From an uncultured Chloroflexia bacterium (lineage in GTDB: Bacteria > Chloroflexota > Limnocylindria > Limnocylindrales > CSP1-4), in NCBI GenBank assembly GCA_963768655.1, contig CAVYIM010000008.1, positions 1 through 64,000 of the forward strand: a DNA stretch of 64,000 nt, in the 5' to 3' direction. A program made the translations under genes and the position numbers. Numbering within the stretch: position 1 is the first letter of the stretch; every line of letters starts with the position of its first letter. The notes beneath the pieces are model-generated. The model had not been told where the DNA came from. It searched no databases and worked only from the letters and a program-made list of their open reading frames with translations. Shown one piece after another: positions 59,792 through 64,000 of this stretch.

Positions 59792-61216
59792 TTAGAGGTG
59801 AGTCTCCTTGAGCTCGGGGAGCGGCAGGCGGAAGAACCGGCTCGTCCACACGACATACGCGATGCCGATGAGCAGCCAGGCGATAGGAATCAGCTCAGCC
59901 GGGTCGCTGGGCCACTGCAGCACGAACAGCCAGTTGATGCTCGAAAGCTGGGTCCACAGCCACAGGATGACGAAGGCGCCGATGCCGGGTGCGACCAGGT
60001 AGCGCAGCAGATCCTTCGGCGAGCGCCGGCCGCCCCGGATGACGAAGTGGCCGATGACCGCCAGGTTCACCAGCGTGAACGCGAACAGAGCCCCGAAGTT
60101 GATCATGGCCAGAATCGTGTTGAGGTCGCGCGTACAAGCGAACACGGCCAGGACCGCAATGATCCCGACGTTGATCACCGGCGCCGCGGTCTTGGGGTGC
60201 AAATAGCCGAAGATCCGTTTCGGGATCACGCCGTCCCGGCCCATGCCAAAGAGCAGGCGCGAGGCGCCGCCGGTGGCGTCTATCGCGTTGGCCAGCGCGG
60301 CCGCGATGACCGCATACGACAGGACCGTCGAGAGGAGGTTCCCGCCGGCGACGGCGAAGATGACCGAGAAGGCCGAGCCGTCCTGCGGAAGGCCGGCCCA
60401 GTTCGGGTAGACGAGCTGGGCGAAGTAGGCCTGGACGATGAACAGGAAGGTGACGATGACCAGGGAGATGACCATCGCCAGGGAGACGCTGCGCCCGGGA
60501 TTGTGAGTCTCCTCGGCCAGCGTGCTGATCGCGTCGAAGCCGAGGTAGGAGAAGCATGCAATGGCCGTGCCGGCCAGCAGGGCGTTGAACGTGAGGCCGT
60601 CGCCGAAGAACGGCTTGGTGGAGATGATCGTGCCCTCGCCGGTTCCGCCGTTCAGCGTGCCGATCGAGGCAACCACGAACCAGGCGATCACGATCAGGCA
60701 GATGATGACCAGGAAGGCCGAAACGCGGGCCAGCCACTTGACTTCCACCAGGTTGAAGATCGTCACGACGGCGATCGCGGCGATGACCCAGAACCAGTAG
60801 TCCCAACCCTGGAACAACCCCACAGTCCCAGCCAGCTGCTGGGCGAAGGCGGCGATGATGATGAAGTTGAGCGTGGGGAAGAGCAGGTAGTCGAGCATGA
60901 TCGCCCAGCCGGCGAGCAGCCCGAGGTACTGGTTGAGCCCGTTTCGGGTGAATGTGTACGTCGAGCCGGCCTTGGGGAACGCGCCGGCCATTGCCCCGTA
61001 ACTCAGGGCGGTGAAGAGCATGGCGACCATGGCCACGAGATAGGCCGCCGCCATATGGCCCGCGGTCGACCCGCTCACCGCGGCGTAGACCGCGATGGGC
61101 GCCAGCGGGAACATCATCATGACGCCGAAGACAACTAGATCCCGGGTCGTGAGAACCCGTTTCAGGCCGACTCCCTCGGCCGGTGCGCCCCCTTGATCCC
61201 CAGCGGCGACGGACAT
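59792..61216 (-). CDS. APC family amino acid/amine permease
   Basis: GLKRVLT, PKAGSTYTF, SYLGFDAISTLAEE and RLLFGMGRDG. Confidence 0.92.
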   Translation of the reverse strand: MSVAAGDQGGAPAEGVGLKRVLTTRDLVVFGVMMMFPLAPIAVYAAVSGSTAGHMAAAYLVAMVAMLFTALSYGAMAGAFPKAGSTYTFTRNGLNQYLGLLAGWAIMLDYLLFPTLNFIIIAAFAQQLAGTVGLFQGWDYWFWVIAAIAVVTIFNLVEVKWLARVSAFLVIICLIVIAWFVVASIGTLNGGTGEGTIISTKPFFGDGLTFNALLAGTAIACFSYLGFDAISTLAEETHNPGRSVSLAMVISLVIVTFLFIVQAYFAQLVYPNWAGLPQDGSAFSVIFAVAGGNLLSTVLSYAVIAAALANAIDATGGASRLLFGMGRDGVIPKRIFGYLHPKTAAPVINVGIIAVLAVFACTRDLNTILAMINFGALFAFTLVNLAVIGHFVIRGGRRSPKDLLRYLVAPGIGAFVILWLWTQLSSINWLFVLQWPSDPAELIPIAWLLIGIAYVVWTSRFFRLPLPELKETHL

Positions 61217-61626
61217 GCGCTCACTCCTCTTCCGAAGGGCCTCCAAGAGCTATTCCCCCCGAAACCGCCGTCAGATCGAGGACCGGACGCTCCATGTGGT
61301 CGGCCGGTCGAGCAACGCCGGCCCGGGCAGGCCGGCTGGCGACCGGGGAAGAGAGACGCGCGACCGCGAACGGCCGCCAGCCCGACGGGACGAGGAGAGG
61401 GAGTCGGCGCAGCTGCAGGCGGCCGTCGAACCTGACCTCAAGGGCGGGCGGACGAGCACGGGACCCCGAATGGCGACGTTGGGCGTGCCCACACGCGCTT
61501 ATTACATTGCCTTCTGGAGCCTGTCACGGGCTCTTTGAACACACATTGGGGCCGTAGGTCACTGGCGGCCGCGGCGGTGACGATCGAGCTGGGTCGGCAA
61601 GGGCCGACTCGCCTGCCCACGGTCGA

Positions 61627-63255
61627 TCACGCGCTGATCGCCGACGACTGCGCCAGCACCGCGCCGGAGGCGTCCAGGGCTCTGACGGCGACCAGGCGCG
61701 GCCGGCCTGGAACGACGACGGCGGTTTCGAAGCCCGAACGGGGCCGCGAACCGAGCGGCACGAGCGACTCCGCGGAATCGCCGCCGAGGGCGACCCACGC
61801 CGCCACGTCCGTCGCTCCGTTCCAGCTGGCATAGATCGTGGTGTTGAAGGGATCGCCTTGCTCCACGGCAACTGCCGGCTGATCCGGCGGCTGGCCCTGC
61901 CAGATGAATCGGAGGGCGCGATAGGAGGTCGAACCGTCGGGCAGGCGCGCATCCAGTGCGGTGCTACCATCGGCCGCGAACTCCGTGAAGAACGGCTGAT
62001 CGCCCCACCCAACCAGGACGTTTCCATTCGGCAAGGGCTGCATGCTGCCCTGGCTGTTCGCCAGGATGCCGCCGAGATGGGTGTAGGCCTGGCGTAATGT
62101 CGCGGTGTGGGCCGACTCGTCCACATCGAGGACCAGGCCGCGCGACTGACTCTCCGTCGGCGGTTTCGATCCGTCGCTGCCGTCATCGAAGAGTGTTATC
62201 GAGCCGTCCGGCTGGCGCCGGGCATCGTGCTGCCAGGCGAACTGCGTGCCTGCGCCCATCGCGAAGTCGCTCAGCTTCCCGCCGAGCCGCCAGATCACGG
62301 CGCCGCTCCGCCTGTCGATCTTGTACACGGTCCACGTGTGGCGGGCCGAGATGATGAAGTTGCCGTCCGTATCGACGTCGATCGAGTTGATGTGGAAGTA
62401 GTCGAATGGCTGGCCGGCTGAAGGTCCGACGTACGACTCGCTCGGATCGACATGGTCCGCGCTGCGCCATTCGAAGAGAAGCTGTCCGGTGGCGATGTCG
62501 ACCTCCTGCACGATGGACTCGAGCAGTTGCGCGCCTCCCGGTGTCGCCCCCGGTGACGTCCCCGAAGTCGGTGCCTGCGTCGCCCCTGGCGTGGCCCCTG
62601 GAGATGCCACCGGGATCGGGCGCGGCGCATATGCGGTGAACAGCGCGGTCCCCTCGGGCGTTGTTATGAACTCGTGGAGATCGCCCATCAGCCCGTTGGC
62701 GGCGCGGACGTGGGCGACCTCGGAATATGATCCGTCGGCCAACACGTACTCGCCCTGCCCGGTCCCCAGGACGAGGGCGCCTTCCCACCACGTGAGAACC
62801 GGAGCCCCCCGGTACGTCCCGACCCGCAGGTTGAACGCCCGCTTCCCCGGAGTGGGATGGATCCAGATGGGCGAGCCGGTGTTGTCGACGATCACGGGTC
62901 CCGGCGCGGAGGCCGGTGTCAGGAATACCTGCCCGGCCGCAGCCTGAAGTCCGGGCGCGGTGACTGAGATGAGCGGACTCCAGAGATCCGGTCGTGAGCG
63001 GTAGCTTTGAGAGCCTGGCGGGAGTGAGGGCATGGGCGTTGGAGGCATCGCGGAAGGTAGCGGCGCTTCCGACTCGGCGCGCCAGTACCCAAGCGAGGAC
63101 AGGCCGACAACGACGCCGCCCGCAACTGCGGCGCGCAGGAAGGCACGGCGGGTGAGGCGCGGCCCGCCGCCCATGGGTGTCCGCGTGGCATGACCTGCCC
63201 GCAGCTCCCCGCTGCTCGGTTCGCTGGGTCCTCCGCTGCCGGCGTCGTCGCTCAT
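61627..63255 (-). CDS. Arylsulfotransferase (ASST) family protein, Tat-exported
   Basis: TRRAFL Tat motif; DLHEF, DYFHINSI, ISARHT, QHDAR and SQGSMQ.LPNGN. Confidence 0.88.
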   Translation of the reverse strand: MSDDAGSGGPSEPSSGELRAGHATRTPMGGGPRLTRRAFLRAAVAGGVVVGLSSLGYWRAESEAPLPSAMPPTPMPSLPPGSQSYRSRPDLWSPLISVTAPGLQAAAGQVFLTPASAPGPVIVDNTGSPIWIHPTPGKRAFNLRVGTYRGAPVLTWWEGALVLGTGQGEYVLADGSYSEVAHVRAANGLMGDLHEFITTPEGTALFTAYAPRPIPVASPGATPGATQAPTSGTSPGATPGGAQLLESIVQEVDIATGQLLFEWRSADHVDPSESYVGPSAGQPFDYFHINSIDVDTDGNFIISARHTWTVYKIDRRSGAVIWRLGGKLSDFAMGAGTQFAWQHDARRQPDGSITLFDDGSDGSKPPTESQSRGLVLDVDESAHTATLRQAYTHLGGILANSQGSMQPLPNGNVLVGWGDQPFFTEFAADGSTALDARLPDGSTSYRALRFIWQGQPPDQPAVAVEQGDPFNTTIYASWNGATDVAAWVALGGDSAESLVPLGSRPRSGFETAVVVPGRPRLVAVRALDASGAVLAQSSAISA

Positions 63256-63428
63256 CTGTCGGCTCCTGTGGTGGGGGAGTCATTCGACGCGGCGAACCCT
63301 GAAGTCATGCTGAAGTTGCCAGCTCATCCCAGGGCGCGCAACGATCCGCGGGGGCTTTGCGCTCCCGATCGCTTCTGCCCTTGGCCGCCGTCAGCACGGC
63401 GTCCGTCGCAAGCGCCGAGTAGTCGAAG

Positions 63429-64000
63429 CTATGGCTGGTACAGCTCGGCTGAGGCAAGGACCTTGCCGCTGGCGTCGTCGCCTCCGACGATGAGAACGCG
63501 GCCGTCGGAAAGCAGGGTCGCGGTGTCGTCCAGGCGCGCCACGGTCATCGAGCCGGCCTTGCTGAACTTGCCGCTCGCCGGGTCGTACAGCTCTGCCGAG
63601 GCGAGAGCGGCGTACCCACCGCTGGCGTTCGAGGCGCCGTTAGTGCCTCCGGCGACGAGCACGCTCCCGTCGCTCAGCAGCGTGGCGGTGTGCTCGGATC
63701 GATCGGTGGCCATCGAGCCCGTCATGCTGAACTTGCCGCTCTTCGGGTCGTACAGCTCGGCCGAGGGGAGTTGAAGGGTTTGCTCCACTCCTCCGACGAT
63801 CAGGACGCGGCCGTCAGGGAGGAGGGTGGCGGTGTGCCAGTAACGAGCCTTGGCCATCGAACCCGTCGGGCTGAACGTGCCGCTCGTCGGGTCGTACAGC
63901 TCGGCGAAGGCGTCATACGTCGACGTCCCGAACGTGATGGTCGTCCCGCCGGCGACCAGGACCCGACCGTCGGGGAGCAGTGTCGCGGTGTGGGCCTCGC
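63429..64000 (-). CDS. Kelch-repeat protein (partial, 5' end outside the window)
   Basis: HTATLL.DGRVL..GG...SAELYDP repeats open to the window edge. Confidence 0.88.
   Translation of the reverse strand, partial: EAHTATLLPDGRVLVAGGTTITFGTSTYDAFAELYDPTSGTFSPTGSMAKARYWHTATLLPDGRVLIVGGVEQTLQLPSAELYDPKSGKFSMTGSMATDRSEHTATLLSDGSVLVAGGTNGASNASGGYAALASAELYDPASGKFSKAGSMTVARLDDTATLLSDGRVLIVGGDDASGKVLASAELYQP

Noticed and set aside
25676-61138. Long alternative-frame or antisense ORFs (e.g. 25792..27297, 44196..45989, 50938..52419, 59744..61138)
   Set aside because: Shadow ORFs typical of high-GC DNA, overlapping well-supported genes.

Overview
High-GC bacterial DNA. The protein repertoire suggests a Chloroflexota/Actinomycetota-like host, but this is inference only. 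The left 19 kb is an accessory region cut into blocks by five direct copies of a tRNA-Arg 3'-end-like core, (C)CCTCCGGGCGCGCCA, at 2948, 2970, 11723, 12810 and 19146. Four cores are followed on the minus strand by a cryptic 29-33-residue reading frame starting ARPEG. Three of these end EL-V-E-x-LLAA-stop and one ends IPIEGRDEWLAAARVRSA-stop. I interpret them as swappable, possibly degron-bearing C-termini of a recombinase that reads across the att site; no recombinase gene lies in the window. The blocks carry two diverged copies of an AEP-primase/SF2-helicase plus AAA-DUF4143 ATPase module. One copy has a frameshifted ATPase; the other has a complete group II intron inserted in the DECH-H motif. 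The blocks also carry a RelE-like TA pair, VOC and YciI genes, a hybrid kinase, an IS110/IS1111-type element and a frameshifted ParB-methyltransferase. 19-31 kb holds signalling genes (hybrid HK, RR, GGDEF-EAL), an MFS transporter, PIN and tyrosine-integrase relics, and an amidohydrolase/TetR pair. 31-64 kb looks mostly like backbone: MarR-MMPL, asnS, two large RCC1-repeat surface proteins plus a mosaic third copy, VanW, an M15 peptidase, an FGGY kinase, a Ppx-like protein, nitrilase plus APC permease, an arylsulfotransferase and a partial Kelch protein.
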